Below are positions 1-12,204 of a stretch of 64,000 nt of DNA, one piece after another (within the stretch, counting starts at the first letter, position 1; every line of letters begins with the position of its first letter). The notes below the pieces were generated by a model, which searched no databases, was not told the DNA's origin, and worked only from the letters and a program-made list of their open reading frames with translations. The stretch is taken from assembly GCA_053919585.1 (NCBI GenBank), contig CM132792.1; one strand, 5' to 3'. This DNA comes from Euprymna scolopes. Taxonomy: Eukaryota. The position numbers and the translations under genes are program-made.

Positions 1-54
1 GTTAAGATCAAAGGTCTGTTGTTAATACATGCTGTTATGAGCTTTTTAAGATTT

Positions 55-1355
55 TTCCGGCAGATACTGCAAGCAAAGACCATATGTGGTGGACCTTGGT
101 CAATGTAGAGGAAACTCTTCATACCAATTGTCACTATCCAGCCCCCTACTCCCCGGGGAGTTGGTCCCAATTTCCCCTTCACTCCTCACATTAAAAATCG
201 GCCTTCTGCCTAATTTGCTTGGTGGGGAAGCAAATAAATACCAACCCTACATACCAATTGTCACTATCCAGCTCCCCTACTCCCCGGGGAGTTGGTTCCC
301 ATTTCCCCCTCACTCCTCACATTAAAAATCGGCCTTCTGCCTAATTTGCTCGGTGGGGGAGCAAATAAATACCAACCCTACATACCAATTGTCACTATCC
401 AGCTCCCCTACTCCCCGGGGAGTTGGTCCCCATTTCCCCTCACTCCTCATTAAAAATCGGCATTGTGCCTAATTTGCTTGGTGGAGGAGCAAATAAATAC
501 GCTTTTCTTGGCTTTTTGGGCAAGATCAAAGTGTAGTATCTGTCCGGCAGATGCTGCAAGCTATGACTAGCTATGACTAGCAAAGACCAGATGTGGGGGC
601 AACCCCACATGCCTGACCATTAATCAGCTCCCATTTCCCACCTCTCGGGAGCTGGTCCCCTTTTTTCCCTTCCCCCTCCCTTCACTCCTCACATTAAAAA
701 TCGGCCTTGTGCCTAATTTGCTCGGTGGGGGAGCAAATAAACACCATCTGTTCCGGTAGATGCTGCACTTGAGATGATTTGTACCAGTCAGTGGAGGGGA
801 AGCCCTCTATACTGGGACAATTATTATTTTTGGTAACCAGAGTGCCCCCTTTTTGCCTACTTTAAGGGGAGCTGGTTTTTACCTCACATTAAAAACGGCC
901 TTGTGCCTAATTTGCTCAGTGGGGGAGCAAATAAATACCATCTGTTCCGGCAGATGCTGCATTTGGGATGGTTTGTACCAGTCAATGGAGGGGAGACCCT
1001 CTATACTGGGACAATTATTATTTTTGGTAACCAGAGTGCCCCCCTTTTTGCCTACTTTTAGGGGAGCTGGTTTTTACCTCACATTAAAAACGGCCTTGTG
1101 CCTAATTTGCTCTGTGGGGGAGCAAATAAATACCATCTGTTCCGGCACTCACTGCAAGCAAAGACCATATGTGGGAGCAACTCCACATATAAGACCTTGG
1201 ACAATGTAGGGGCAACCCTTCATACCAATTGTCACTATCCAGCTTCCCTACTCCCCGGCGAGTTGGTTCCCATTTCCCTTTCACTCCTCACATTAAAAAT
1301 CAGCCTTGTGCCTAATTTGCTCGGTAGGGGAGCAAATAAATATCATTTGTTCTTA
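55..1355 (+). mobile_element. Tandem array of short non-coding units associated with the U2 snRNA target site (putative non-autonomous Utopia/Keno-type element)
   Basis: Seven copies of a 3' module CTCACATTAAAAA..CCTAATTTGCTCGGTGGGGGAGCAAATAAATACC end near 240, 371, 500, 745, 939, 1134 and 1344. Full units start with CCGGCAGATGCTGC-like sequence. Junctions read ATCTGTT (746, 940, 1135) and ATTTGTTCTTA (1345). Confidence 0.65.
498..543 (+). ncRNA. U2 snRNA 5' fragment (about the first 45 nt; not a full gene)
   Basis: ACGCTTTTCTTGGCTTTTTGGGCAAGATCAAAGTGTAGTATCTGT resembles U2 ATCGCTTCTCGGCCTTTTGGCTAAGATCAAAGTGTAGTATCTGT and includes the GTAGTA branch-point pairing motif. Confidence 0.85.
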
Positions 1356-1699
1356 CTACATGCTGTACTTATGTTTGTAACTTTGTGATATAAAGTGGGG
1401 GATCACTTTTCTCTATTAATTTAATGTAAAATGATCACCCACTTTACAACCAGTCAGTCTCAAAGCCATCCAAGTCATTTTCCAGATCATTCAAGTTGTT
1501 TTTAAAGGATTCCAGTTATTTTTTAAGCATTAAAGTCATTCTTAAGGTCATTGAATTCATCCTTAAGTTCATTAAAGTCATTCTAAGTCATTTACTTTTT
1601 ATTTATTTAAACCATTTCAGCCCATTTTTCGGTCATTTTAGTTTAAGAATTTCATGTCAATCCTACATTCACGCATTCATTCATTACACGAGAGCACAC

Positions 1700-2980
1700 G
1701 ACTAATGGCTATCGGCCTTCTTCTGTTTAGGTTTCCTTTTTAGCCATTTTCTTGTGTTTTCGTTTGTCTCATCTGTTGTCATGCTTATTAAACTTCCGTG
1801 TAGTTGATTCTCTTCCCAGTTTTCTTTTCTCGTCTTATTTCTAATTTTTCAGTGTCTCTTGCTGAAGTAATTATTCTTTCAGTTTTCTGTATTATATATT
1901 TTTCTAATTCTTTTTTCATTTACTCGATCTTCTATACAAACCACTCCTCTTCCCTTGTCTTTCTTTTTCATGTAGAGTCGGTTGGCATCATCCTTTGGGT
2001 ATACTACATTGTATATGGTCAAAATTTTCATGTTCTTCTGGTTAAGATGCCTCAGTTCTTTCGTTCACCCTATAAACGGTTCAGAGTATCTTACTAGTGA
2101 TACTACCCATTTATTAGGTTTCTACTATATAGTTTTGTTTCTAGGAGTTTGCATGTTTTTCTGAGTTATTCCTGTCCAATTTTCTCTTTCATTTCTGTTG
2201 ATTTGATGGTGTCTGCTTCCAGAACTTCCAAGTATCTGTAATTCTCATGATCACCTAGTGCCGTCATGTCCGATTGGTTGTGTAATTCCCTGCCTTCCGT
2301 TGCCTCCATTTTCTCCCTTCTTATGATCAGCAGTGCGCATTTTTCCACACCGAATTCCATTCGGGTATCTTGCTAAAGATTCTTGTTATGTTTATTAGCG
2401 TCCCTAGTTCCTTCTTGGTTTTGCCAATAGTTACAGGTCGTCTATGTAAATTAGATGGGTCATTCTTTCATCTGTATTCGTGAACTTTTATCTGGCTTGG
2501 CATTTTCCTGGTATATTCTTAAGGAGCATCATGGCTATATAGTAATGGTGATAAGGATCACCTTGGAAGATACCTCTTTGCATTTTAATCTCAGTTATGT
2601 ATTGTCCATCGGTTATCAGTTTAAGTCTCCATGTTCTCATTTCATTTTCAATCAAATTGATAATCTTGTCTGGTATATTGTACATTCTCAGGCACTCTAC
2701 TATCCATGCTATCGGTTTCTTGTAGTCGATCCATGCCATGGCTATGTTCTTTTTTCTACTTTTTACCTCCTTCAAGATCTTTTGGTCATATGTTCCTGTT
2801 TTTCTTTTTGGCATCCTTTCTGCTCCTCAGAGAGTAGTCTACAATTATGGAGGAAGTAATAAATTTGTTCCCTCAGTTGTTCTGTTAGAACTTTCCACAT
2901 TCTAGGTAAACATGTTATAGGCATGTAGTTGCTAGAGATGGTTTCTTTTTCTGTGTTTTTCCCCCAGTGTGGTTCTACCT
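1700..2980 (-). mobile_element. R4/Dong-clade non-LTR retrotransposon, degenerate RT region
   Basis: Minus-strand ORFs contain KKNIAMAWIDYKK, RGIFQGD and MEFGVEKCA...YRYLEVLEADTIK; the region is frameshifted. Confidence 0.85.
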
Positions 2981-2983
2981 TTT

Positions 2984-3241
2984 GTATTATTATTCACTCA
3001 CTAGGAGTTTTCACACAGGTCAACGTCAAAGACTCCTCCTTGAGAATAACCTGTGGTGTTCCCTGAAATATGAATGACAACAAGTCTCCCCAGATTATAA
3101 TACTCTCACCCTCTTTAGATAGCATTTGCAAATTAATTTACATTATCGGAACAGCCGTTTACCACTGATTTCTTTGTGGTAGCCATTATTGGTCTTCACT
3201 GGAATTTGGATGGTAATAAACCTCCCTAAGGTCCCAGTCCT
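2984..3241 (-). mobile_element. 3' end of a second R4/Dong copy, cut off at the Gypsy LTR
   Basis: Aligns with 29305-29545, the 3' UTR of the Dong copy, and begins at a short TAT repeat. Confidence 0.7.
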
Positions 3242-3790
3242 TGTGATGAGCATGCACGGAAGCGCCCAATAATTGTATCAATGTCTTAGTCGAACCTACT
3301 TACGGTAAAAATGAATTCGTCCAAGGGATATAAAAAGCCGATAACAGAGTTATTTGGGAGTAACTACCGAGGTTGCTCTGGTAACGTATCATGACTCATT
3401 TCTACAGAGTTGTTCGGGATTGTGTCGTTTCTAAGGTGTTATTTGAGACCGTGTCATGTTTTTCCACGGTGTTGCTTGGGATTGTGTCAAGGCGTTTGGA
3501 CGGAGGTGTTCGGGTTCAAATCGATAGAGTTGTTCTGGATCATGTGTCATTTCCATGGAGTTGGTCGGAATCATGTTGGGTTGTTTCGACGGAGTTGTTC
3601 GAGTTTGAATTGACGGACGTGTTTAGGATCGTGTCGGGTTAAGTGGATGAAATTGTTCGGGACCGTACTGGAGCATGTGAACGGAATTGTTCGGGACTAT
3701 GTTGAGTTGTGCATACAACATCGTTCAGTTTTCGTTTATTGTCCAGTTGACTTAACGGCTGTTGTAGTCATACTGCCGCATGAGATAACA
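3242..3790 (+). repeat. 5' LTR containing an internal ~30-bp minisatellite
   Basis: Shares TATAAAAAGCCG and CCGAGGTTGCTCTGGTAACGT with 8268-8720; GAGTTGTTCGGGAT-like motif repeats at 3405-3710. The 3' boundary (ATAACA) is tentative. Confidence 0.7.
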
Positions 3791-4146
3791 ATTATTTTTT
3801 GTTTCTCTTCTCTCATGAAGTAATAAGCTATTTCGGCCATTATAGCCTTTGGCCCAAAGCTTATACAAATATTTGATGGCAGTGATTCCAGACAGTAATT
3901 AGTGGAATAGCTGGAAAAAGCTGAACTGATGTTAACTGAGTGGGATGAAGCGTATCAAGTGCGTCATCCAGATGCGCTTGTCAGGTGGTGTGTATGTTGT
4001 GTACCAGCAATGAAGTGATGAAAAGCATGCATATTTTCATTGCACAAAGAAAACGCTGTACACAGCTTTTGCCTTGGATCTTTTTGTTGCATGGAAGCAG
4101 TTTACAGCATGCCACCTTCAATCAAGTGAAACGGTCAATGTATTTT

Positions 4147-5057
4147 TGTTGTGTTGTGGGGGTCATATTGTACTATATGTTGTGGGTTCATATTGGGACA
4201 CATATAACGGGGGATCAGAACAAGGATGATAATGACATTTATAACGGACAGGGACATTTATATTCTTTGGTACATCATGACGACTGTGATGATAATTCTT
4301 TTATCATATTATAATACGGAGCTAAGACATTTATGCAGTTCTTGTTAACACAGAGAAGGGGACACATTACTTAATGGGGGAGTTATACAAAATTGATTTA
4401 GAAGATGATCAAAACACATTTATCAGTCCAGTTGGTAGAATGACGACACGAAGACAACCAGTTACAAAATATAAAATGATTTCTTTATTCATCAATCGGC
4501 CGATTGATGATGTCAGGAATTCAAACTTGTATGACTACATGGTCTCTCTTCTACCCTTCGCCTCTAAGGAAATCAGCTCCCAGTCTCCAGCTTACTCAAT
4601 CACTGTGTATGGTGTTCTCCTCTAACTTCGAACCCTCGTCAATATATTGAGAAACTCCCTTGTTTATGACGTCAGAGGTCTGCTGTCATTCAACGTGACT
4701 TTATCACGTTTCCATTTACATATGTCTGTCCAAACACACTTTTGGTAAACAAAGAATTCCCAATTCTAATTGTTCCATATTTAACCTATTTTTAATCAAT
4801 GTTCATTCTTTGAACTGACATAATTAATATCCAGTTATTTCTAAAAGAATGGAAAATCTCTTTATCTCTTATTTATAAATAATATTTAGTTATTTCTAAA
4901 AGAATTAACAATCGACTGCATTCCTAGGATTTCAATTTATCCATTATCTTTTAACACTTGGCTACAGGGTTCGACTCTATCCTTTTCCTAATACCATTTT
5001 CACTTATCTATTCTGTCTTCTTACTTACATGAGAAGGGGACAGCTCTTCTCGTAACA
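4147..5057. mobile_element. Solo LTR nested in the Gypsy gag
   Basis: TGTT...AACA termini with a 4-bp TTTT duplication. Removing it restores GAA ACG GTC AAT GTA TTT TTG GCA (ETVNVFLA). Confidence 0.75.
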
Positions 5058-5279
5058 TTTTTGGCATAACTGCACAGGCTTTCGATTCAGTTTGGCAGTG
5101 TATTGGATCAGTGCCTACAATGTACATTAATTATTGGATTGCTGAATGTAAAAGCGCTATTTCGATCCTCCAGGATGCATAACCTGACTCACATTCGTGC
5201 CATTTTAAAGAACTGCACTGGAGTTACAGAGCAGGCTGCAGTAGCTGCACAGTCGGCACAAAGTACATCTAAGGAGACG

Positions 5280-8240
5280 GATATTTTTCGGCAATGCTAT
5301 AATTGTCATGAACCCAATCATAGGGCAAGCGATTGTTTACTGAATAGGGAGATAGTCAGAGGTCCTGGTGTCAAGCTCCCCTCCAAAATATCACGTGTTA
5401 TCAATGTCAGCGGCGTGGGCACATTGTTCGATTTTGCTGCAGTAATTCAGTGCCAATATCACCCCAAACTGTTGTACACAGTACATTGCCAGTTGTAACT
5501 GTTCGCATCAATAGACTACCACGTACAGCTTTAGTGATAATTTGGTGGATACATTCACTAGTCCGTAAGTTATGTTGAAAGAAATGAATGAAGAAAGTGC
5601 CCCTTTTTTCTCACAGAAGCTTGAAGCACACTTAGCTGCTGTGGAATAGAAGTGGTGCAAGTTAACATTTGTGCAAAGCTGAGCATTAACCTAGAAGTCT
5701 TAGTTGTGGATAGATACTTACTTGGATTTGATTTTCTGTTTGAACCGGATGCAATGAAGCGGCTGGGATGAGTAGCTGTGTCTAGTTCCGTTGAGGTAAC
5801 CTTCCCACATTTTAGCAAAATAGATTTTGTTGGCATCACAATTACCGAGCATGATTTCTCTGCAGAGTATGAAAGAACACTCAAAAGTGAACCGTATCTT
5901 TGAAATAGGCTGGTGACCAACCAACCTCCAATTACGTTTAAAAATAGACTGGCAGAATATACAACCCCAGCACACATTTGTGAAGAATATGATCATGAAC
6001 TATAAATGTGGATCGATAACGGCTGGTTGCTGCTGTATCCATAGGATGAATTTGGTCCCCTAAACGGTTTGATCCCGTTCATGGCTTTTGTCCAAAAGAA
6101 CAAAAAGAAAGTTCAGCCTGTTATGGATTATCGGGAGCTAAATGACTATGTGGACGTTTATACGGCCAACGTGGATGAGTAATTATACTAGGCTTATTTG
6201 CAAGTGCATGTCTCTGTAGCCGTTCATAACAGTGGAAATCAAGGGACATTGATATTGTCTTACCCGCTTCGGATTTTGGATCAATGTTTCCCTTTAATAA
6301 TATTAATACTGTCTACAACCAGTATGAGATCATAAACGCGGCTATGTCTTCTTATTTTGACGACATTTTTGTTGATGAGAGTTTGTGTTCTGCAACCCAT
6401 GTCAAAGAATATTTGGAAAAGTTTGGTCATGCAAGCAAGACTCCAGAACAGCTGAGACTGGGCTCATGCGTGTTGAGAATACGTGTCTAGGACGAGCAGG
6501 AAAAAAATTGTTGTGGCAGATAGACTTATTGTATTTACAGTGTGCGGGAAACTGACTGGCCATTTCTCGGTGTGTGGCTGGTAACGTGTTGCCATAGTGT
6601 TTGTAAAACGAAGGAAAAAAACTGTGGCAACTGGATGGGATGACAAAGTGAAAAACTCCTTTCTAGCACGGATAATCGAAAACATTTGTTTGAGAGTAGC
6701 CCAGGAAGATTCAGGGAAAGGTTACTAGAGTATCTTTAGAGAAGATATTACAGTGTGGGTGGACGCTAGTTCCATTGCCACATGCATGGTTGCGGAAAGC
6801 AATGGTTCCTTGGCGGAAGACGCAAGCTGGCTCCGTGTGGCGCATGAGGACAAGTATATAAATTTAGCTGAGCTTGATGCTGTGCTGCAAGGTGTCAACC
6901 TTGTATTGCAGTGGAAAGCCAAAAACATTTATTTACGAACGAACTCTGCATGTGTATATCGGTGGATAACTGACGCATTGTCCGGACAGATCAGAGTGCA
7001 CATGAAAGCAGCTTCTGAAATATTAATTAGGTGTCGCCTATTTACACTTCGAGAATTGACCTCTAAATATGCACAAGATTGACATGGGGCTCATTAATAG
7101 CTGACAACTTACTCGGGACCACAGTGATGGTTAAATAAAATCCGTAAAATGACAGTAACCAGAGAACCTTGTATGCTGTAGCCGTAGAATACAATATTTC
7201 TCAGTTACAGGTAATCGACCAGTCCACCAGACATCTCACTGTCAAGAGAACATTGTACTTTGTAAAGTTAATCAACCCAGTAATAACTGAAGCTGAAGTG
7301 TTGGCGGTCGTTGAAGATTGCACAGAATGCCAATCCATTAATCCATATTCAATGTATTGAAAGACAGGTAGGCTTGGCATCCCTGAAAATTTAAGCAGGG
7401 TTGCTATAGATATAACCAATTTCTGCACTAAATTATACCTGACATTGATAGATTGTGGCCCTAGCTATTTTTGCCATCTGAAAGCAGTTGCACCAACAAG
7501 ATTCTGCTAGCGTCATCAAGAAGTTGGGGATTGCGTTCTGTGAAAGGGGCTTGCCAATTAAGTTACTCACCGATAATGACGCGGCGTTATGCTGAAAGAA
7601 ATTTGCTGAGTTTACACAAATACAAGGCAAGCACATAGGATTTCAGTGCATCCACATACCATCAGGAAACGGAATATTCGAAAGGTTACATCACACAATA
7701 AAACGCATTGTGGCAAGAACACGGTGCACGGTCTTGGATTCAATGTACTAGCACAAAATTATGCCTAAGGGCAACAGGAAAGCTACAGCTGCACCTGCGA
7801 ATGTACTATACAGATATAGGATCCGTGTCAAGGGTATCGAAGAAGTGATATTACCCAACAATACAGTTGCTAGTTCGTACAAGAAGGGAAATTTTGTTTA
7901 GGTGAAGAATCTGCAGGAAAGATGCACGGTGCTCTTCATCACGGGTACAGTGACAAAAATCAATAGCCAACACTCCAGCTGAGTTAATGGAACAGCACGC
8001 CACATGCAGGATGTGCACCCAGTACGTCAAAATGATTGCTCAATCCGTGACGAAATCACCTTCTCAGATTATGAAGTTCCACTGCTATACGAAGGATCAC
8101 AGAGAATGATGTATTCAAGGATCAGAGCAGGAAGAGTTCAATAATGAGACAGACGAATGCGACACTAAGGAAGTTCCTGTGCCTGTACCATTAAGGGGAA
8201 GTACTAGAAAAAAGCGGCTAACCCAACATTGTCATTTGTG
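5280..8240 (+). pseudogene. Disrupted gag-pol (zinc knuckle, PR, RT, RNase H, integrase)
   Basis: Fragmentary ORFs 5103-5498, 6284-6490, 6753-7082 and 7169-7360 (H..C-x2-C integrase zinc-finger remnant), with many stops and frameshifts. Confidence 0.85.
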
Positions 8241-8267
8241 TGATCTCAAGATCAGATCATGGAGGAG

Positions 8268-8720
8268 TGTGAAGATCATGTACGGAATTGTGTGTCACTG
8301 TCTTAGTGGGGCCTACCTAAAGCGAAAGTGAGTTCGCCCAAGTTCTATAAAAAGCCGACCCCATAGTCGTTTAGAGAGTAACTGCCGAGGTTGCTCTGGT
8401 AACGTGTCATGTTGAGTCATTTTGAGGGAGTTGTTCGGGATTGTGTCATATCACTGGAGTTGTTTGGAATCGTGTCGTTTCGACAGAGTTGTTCAGGATT
8501 GAACTGATAGAGTTGTTCCAGATTGTATTGCGTCGTTTTCATGGAGTTAGTCGGGATTGTGTGGAGTTGTTTCAACGCAGTTGTTCGGGTTCGAATCAAC
8601 AGAAGTGTTCAGGTTTTAATTGACAGGGGTTTTCAGGATCATGTCGGTTCGCATGAACGAAATTGTTCGGAACCGTACATGTAGATGGAATCGTTTTATT
8701 TCCGTTTATTATTCAGTTAA
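8268..8720 (+). repeat. 3' LTR, truncated at the satellite
   Basis: Follows the purine tract and is homologous to the 5' LTR until about 8720. Confidence 0.75.
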
Positions 8721-11700
8721 TATCATAAATTTCTATATTTTTGTTTAAAATTATATTATTAGTTTCTATATTTTTGTTTTAAAATTATATATTATCAGTT
8801 TCTTTACTTTTGTTTTAAAATTATATATTATCAGTTTCTTTACTTTTGTTTAAAAATTAGATATCATAAGTTTCTATATTTTTGTTTTAAAACTATATAT
8901 TATCAGTTTCTATATTTTTGTTTTAAAATTATATATTATCAGTTTCTATATTTTTGTTTTAAAATTATATATTATCAGTTTCTATACTTTTGTTTTAAAA
9001 TTATATATTATCAGTTTCTATATTTTTGTTTTAAAATTATATATTATCAGTTTCTATATTTTTGTTTTAAAATTATATATTATCAGTTTCTATATTTTTG
9101 TTTTAAAATTATAGATTATTAGTTTCTATATTTTTGTTTTAAAATTATATATTATCAGTTTCTATATTTTTGTTTTAAAATTATATATTATCAGTTTCTT
9201 TACTTTTGTTTTAAAATTATATATTATCAGTTTCTATATTTTTGTTTGAAAATTATATATTATCAGTTTCTATATTTTTGTTTTAAAATTATATATTATC
9301 AGTTTCTATATTTTTTTTTTAAATTATATATTATCAGTTTCTTTACTTTTTTTTTAAAATTATATATTATCAGTGTCTATATTTTTGTTTTAAAATTATA
9401 TATTATCAGTTTCTATATTTTTGTTTTAAAATTATATATTATCAGTTTCTATATTTTTGTTTTAAAATTATATATTATCAGTTTCTATATTTTTGTTTTA
9501 AACTTATATATTATCAGTCTCTTTACTTTTGTTTTAAAATTAGATATCATAAGTTTCTATATTTTTGTTTTAAAATTATATATTATCAGTTTCTATATTT
9601 TTGTTTTAAAATTATATATTATCAGTTTCTATATTTTTGTTTTAAAATTATATATTATCAGTTTCTATATTTTTGTTTTCAAATTATATATTATCAGTTT
9701 CTTTACTTTTGTTTTAAAATTATATATTATCAGTTTCTATATTTTTGTTTTAAAATTATATATTATCAGTTTCTATATTTTTGTTTTAAAATTATATATT
9801 ATCAGTGTCTTTACTTTTTGTTTTAAAATTATATATTATCAGTTTCTATATTTTTGTTTTAAAATTATATATTATCAGTTTCTATATTTTTGTTTTAAAA
9901 TTATATATTATCAGTTTCTATACTTTTGTTTTAAAATTATATATTATCAGTTTCTATATTTTTGTTTTAAAATTATATATTATCAGTTTCTATATTTTTG
10001 TTTTAAAATTATATATTATCAGTTTCTATATTTTTGTTTTAAAATTATATATTATCAGTTTCTATATTTTTGTTTTAAAATTATATATTATCAGTTTCTA
10101 TATTTTTGTTTTAAAATTATATATTATCAGTGTCTTTACTTTTGTTTTAAAATTATATATTATCAGTTTCTATATTTTTGTTTTAAAATTATATATTATC
10201 AGTTTCTATATTTTTGTTTTAAAATTATATATTATCAATTTCTATATTTTTGTTTTAAAATTATAGATTATTAGTTTCTATATTTTTGTTTTCAAATTAT
10301 ATATTATCAGTTTCTATATTTTTGATTTAAAATTATATATTATCAGTTTCTATATTTTTGTTTTAAAATTATATATTATCAGTTTCTATATTTTTGTTTT
10401 AAAATTATATATTATCAGTTTCTATATTTTTGTTTTAAAATTATATATTATCAGTTTCTATATTTTGGCTTTAAAATTATATATTATCAGTTTCTATATT
10501 TTTGTTTTAAAATTATATATTATCAGTTTCTTTACTTTTGTTTTAGAATTATATATTATCAGTTTCTATACTTTTGTTTTAAAATTATATATTATCAGTT
10601 TCTTTACTTTTGTTTTAAAATTATATATTATCAGTTTCTATACTTTTGTTTTAAAATTATATATTATCAGTTTCTATATTTTTGTTTTAAAATTATATAT
10701 TATCAGTTTCTATACTTTTGTTTTAAAATTATATATTATCAGTTTCTATATTTTTGTTTTAAAATTATATATTATCAGTGTCTTTACTTTTTGTTTTAAA
10801 ATTATATATTATCAGTTTCTATATTTTTGTTTTAAAATTATATATTATCAGTTTCTATATTTTTGTTTTAAAATTATATATTATCAGTTTCTATACTTTT
10901 GTTTTAAAATTATATATTATCAGTTTCTATATTTTTGTTTTAAAATTATATATTATCAGTTTCTATATTTTTGTTTTAAAATTATATATTATCAGTTTCT
11001 ATATTTTTGTTTTAAAATTATATATTATCAGTTTCTATATTTTTGTTTTAAAATTATATATTATCAGTTTCTATATTTTTGTTTTAAAATTATATATTAT
11101 CAGTTTCTATATTTTTGTTTTAAAATTATATATTATCAGTTTCTTTACTTTTGTTTTAAAATTATATATTATCAGTTTCTATACTTTTGTTTTAAAATTA
11201 TATATTATCAGTTTCTATATTTTTGTTTTAAAATTATATATTATCAGTTTCTATATTTTTGTTTTAAAATTATATATTATCAGTTTCTATATTTTTGTTT
11301 TAAAATTATATATTATCAGTTTCTTTACTTTTGTTTTAAAATTATATATTAGCAGTTTCTTTACTTTTGTTTTAAAATTATATATTATCAGTTTCTATAC
11401 TTTTGTTTTATATTAGATATTATAAGTTTCTATATTTTTGTTTGAAAATAACATCTTATCAGTTTCTATATTTTTGTTTTAAAATTATATATTATCAGTT
11501 TCTATACTATTGTTTTAAAATTAGATATCATAAGTTTCTATATTTTTGTTTTAAAATTACATATCAGTTTCTATACTTTTGTTTTAAAATAACATATCAG
11601 TTTCTATATTTTTTATTTTAAAATGACATATTACCAATTTCTATGTTTTTGTTTACAAATTACATATTATCAATTCCTATATTTTTAGTTTAAAATGACA

Positions 11701-11750
11701 TATTATCAGTTTCTATATTTTTGTTTTAAAATGATATATTATCAGTTTAC
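8720..11750. repeat. 36-bp AT-rich satellite, about 84 copies
   Basis: Unit AAAATTATATATTATCAGTTTCTATATTTTTGTTTT; the ORF track shows a 12-aa periodicity; both edges are degenerate. Confidence 0.98.
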
Positions 11751-11989
11751 CTTAGTTAATTATGTTAGTTAATTTATGCATTTGAGTATTTTTCTTAATA
11801 TTTTGCAGTATTGCTGAATTGTTTGATCTGAAATAATTCCTTTCTCCAAAACTCAGTTGATTTTTGAGCGTCCATTTCTAATATGGTGTCTTGATCTATG
11901 TTTATTGATTCTCTTATGTCGTTCCAAACCTGGCACAGATTGGGACACTTAGGTATAGGTTACTATACGGTTTAGGTTACTATCCCTTG

Positions 11990-12204
11990 AGGAAGAGTGT
12001 TTACAGGTTCTCTCTCAGCATGATTGCGAATTTGACTTTTACAACCTGCTTTGCTGAAGCACATTCTATTGCAGTCCTCACAGACTAAATTACAGAGTAT
12101 CGCATCCATTTATTTTGTCAGTTCAGAGTCTTCTTTCTTAACAGCTTCCTCAAGTTGTTTATGTTCAATTCGTCTTCCTGTTCCTTTATTTAGCATACAT
12201 TGTT
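11990..12204 (-). mobile_element. Possible LINE C-terminal zinc-finger fragment (RTE-like)
   Basis: Minus strand translates to LVCEDCNRMCFSKAGCKSQIRNH. Confidence 0.4.

Larger units (their letters stand above)
3242..8720 (+). mobile_element. Ty3/Gypsy-type LTR retrotransposon, decayed
   Basis: Related LTRs start with TGTG at 3242 and 8268, with a purine tract GGAGGAG at 8261-8267. Internal order: gag with CYNCHEPNHRASDC knuckle, protease, RT (YFDDIFV), RNase H (WVDASS..AELDA), integrase. Confidence 0.9.

Noticed and set aside
498-543. Functional U2 snRNA gene
   Set aside because: Only the first ~45 nt are present; the Sm site, 3' stems and promoter are missing.
86-1388. Short ORFs in the U2-associated array
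   Set aside because: Frames are not conserved between units and there are no protein motifs.
3405-3710. CRISPR-like spaced repeats (also 8428-8670, 55-1355 and 61945-62260)
   Set aside because: The intervening sequences resemble each other, the context is eukaryotic and there are no cas genes; these are LTR or other tandem repeats.
9246-11621. Long ORFs (up to 342 aa) of KIIYYQFLYFCF / LKLYIISFYIFV repeats
   Set aside because: They are translations of the stop-free 36-bp satellite; nothing suggests coding.
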